DNA from: Nostoc sp. PCC 7120 = FACHB-418
Lineage (GTDB): Bacteria > Cyanobacteriota > Cyanobacteriia > Cyanobacteriales > Nostocaceae
Length of the DNA stretch: 32,000 nucleotides
Direction of reading: 5' to 3'
NCBI RefSeq assembly: GCF_000009705.1
Contig: NC_003272.1
Coordinates: 2,310,001 to 2,342,000 of the forward strand
Shown here: in pieces, positions 31,550 to 32,000 of the stretch
Position numbering within the stretch: the first letter of the stretch is position 1
How the letters are laid out: each line of letters opens with the position of its first letter
Position numbers and translations under genes: made by a program
Notes under the pieces: model-generated
Database searches by the model: none
Told to the model about the DNA's origin: nothing
What the model saw: only the letters and a program-made list of their open reading frames with translations

Positions 31550-32000
31550 ATGCTGACAATAAGAGCTATTTGGAGTTTTTGCTTAATTATTTTCTTGTTA
31601 GTGGGGTGGAATGGAGATGCAAATGCAGGTGAACTATCTGAACGCTTGGCTCATTTTCCCCAGTGGAAAAAATTAACTTCTGTGCAGCCAGCTAAGGGGG
31701 ATTTGGCTTACCCTAAATGGATGGCTGGAACTTGGGAAGTTAAGAGTACCTTGGTAGATTTAGCAGCACCTTTAGCACCGGATATTGTTACACCTGGTTT
31801 TGAAGGAAATCGTCAGCAACTAAATCAGCCCGTCAGCTTTTTAGTACGATTTATAGAAGTACAACCTCCCACTATTGGCTTAAAATTCCTTCCTCAGATA
31901 GATGCTAAATCAACAATTGTGGTTGCTGATAGAGTTTTTAACAGTTTGAATTTAGCTAGGTCTTATTTAGGTGATGCAGCCGTATTATCAGTTAAAGTAG
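31550..32000 (+). CDS. Secreted hypothetical protein, 3' partial at window edge
   Basis: From ATG 31550 the ORF stays open to base 32000: MLTIRAIWSFCLIIFLLVGWNGDANA|GELSERLAHFPQWKKL... It has a signal peptide, and it is absent from the track because no stop lies in the window. Confidence 0.5.
   Translation, partial: MLTIRAIWSFCLIIFLLVGWNGDANAGELSERLAHFPQWKKLTSVQPAKGDLAYPKWMAGTWEVKSTLVDLAAPLAPDIVTPGFEGNRQQLNQPVSFLVRFIEVQPPTIGLKFLPQIDAKSTIVVADRVFNSLNLARSYLGDAAVLSVKV

Overview
The window looks like a chromosomal segment from a filamentous, heterocyst-forming cyanobacterium of the Nostoc/Anabaena type. Supporting signs are HIP1 GCGATCGC palindromes (e.g. 266-273, 982-989), many heptamer/octamer STRR-type tandem repeats, a HetP-like gene and a urtABCDE urea permease operon. 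The left ~12.5 kb is an accessory peptide island. On the + strand it encodes a cNMP-domain/C39-peptidase ABC exporter, a HlyD adaptor and a parvulin-type PPIase. On the - strand, divergently, it encodes a tandem array of five near-identical double-glycine-leader precursor genes, a sixth divergent precursor, an APH-type kinase, a HopA1-like protein and a HetP-like protein. A further leader-like 85-aa gene with its own terminator lies upstream. The kinase + HopA1-like pair is the split Ser/Thr dehydratase logic known from class V lanthipeptides and thioamitides, yet every core peptide here lacks Cys. This is my best candidate for an undescribed RiPP-like system. The rest of the window is mostly housekeeping. 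It holds an active/inactive M16 peptidase pair, a frameshifted TetR gene, DUF4332, PhzF-like, aminopeptidase P, urtEDCBA, ffh-rpsP-KH, rpsU (missed by the ORF track, GTG start), phoH and a ChuX/HutX-like gene. It also holds a membrane TIR-domain protein and a 3'-truncated secreted-protein ORF. All functional calls rest on motif recognition and recall, and no searches were run.
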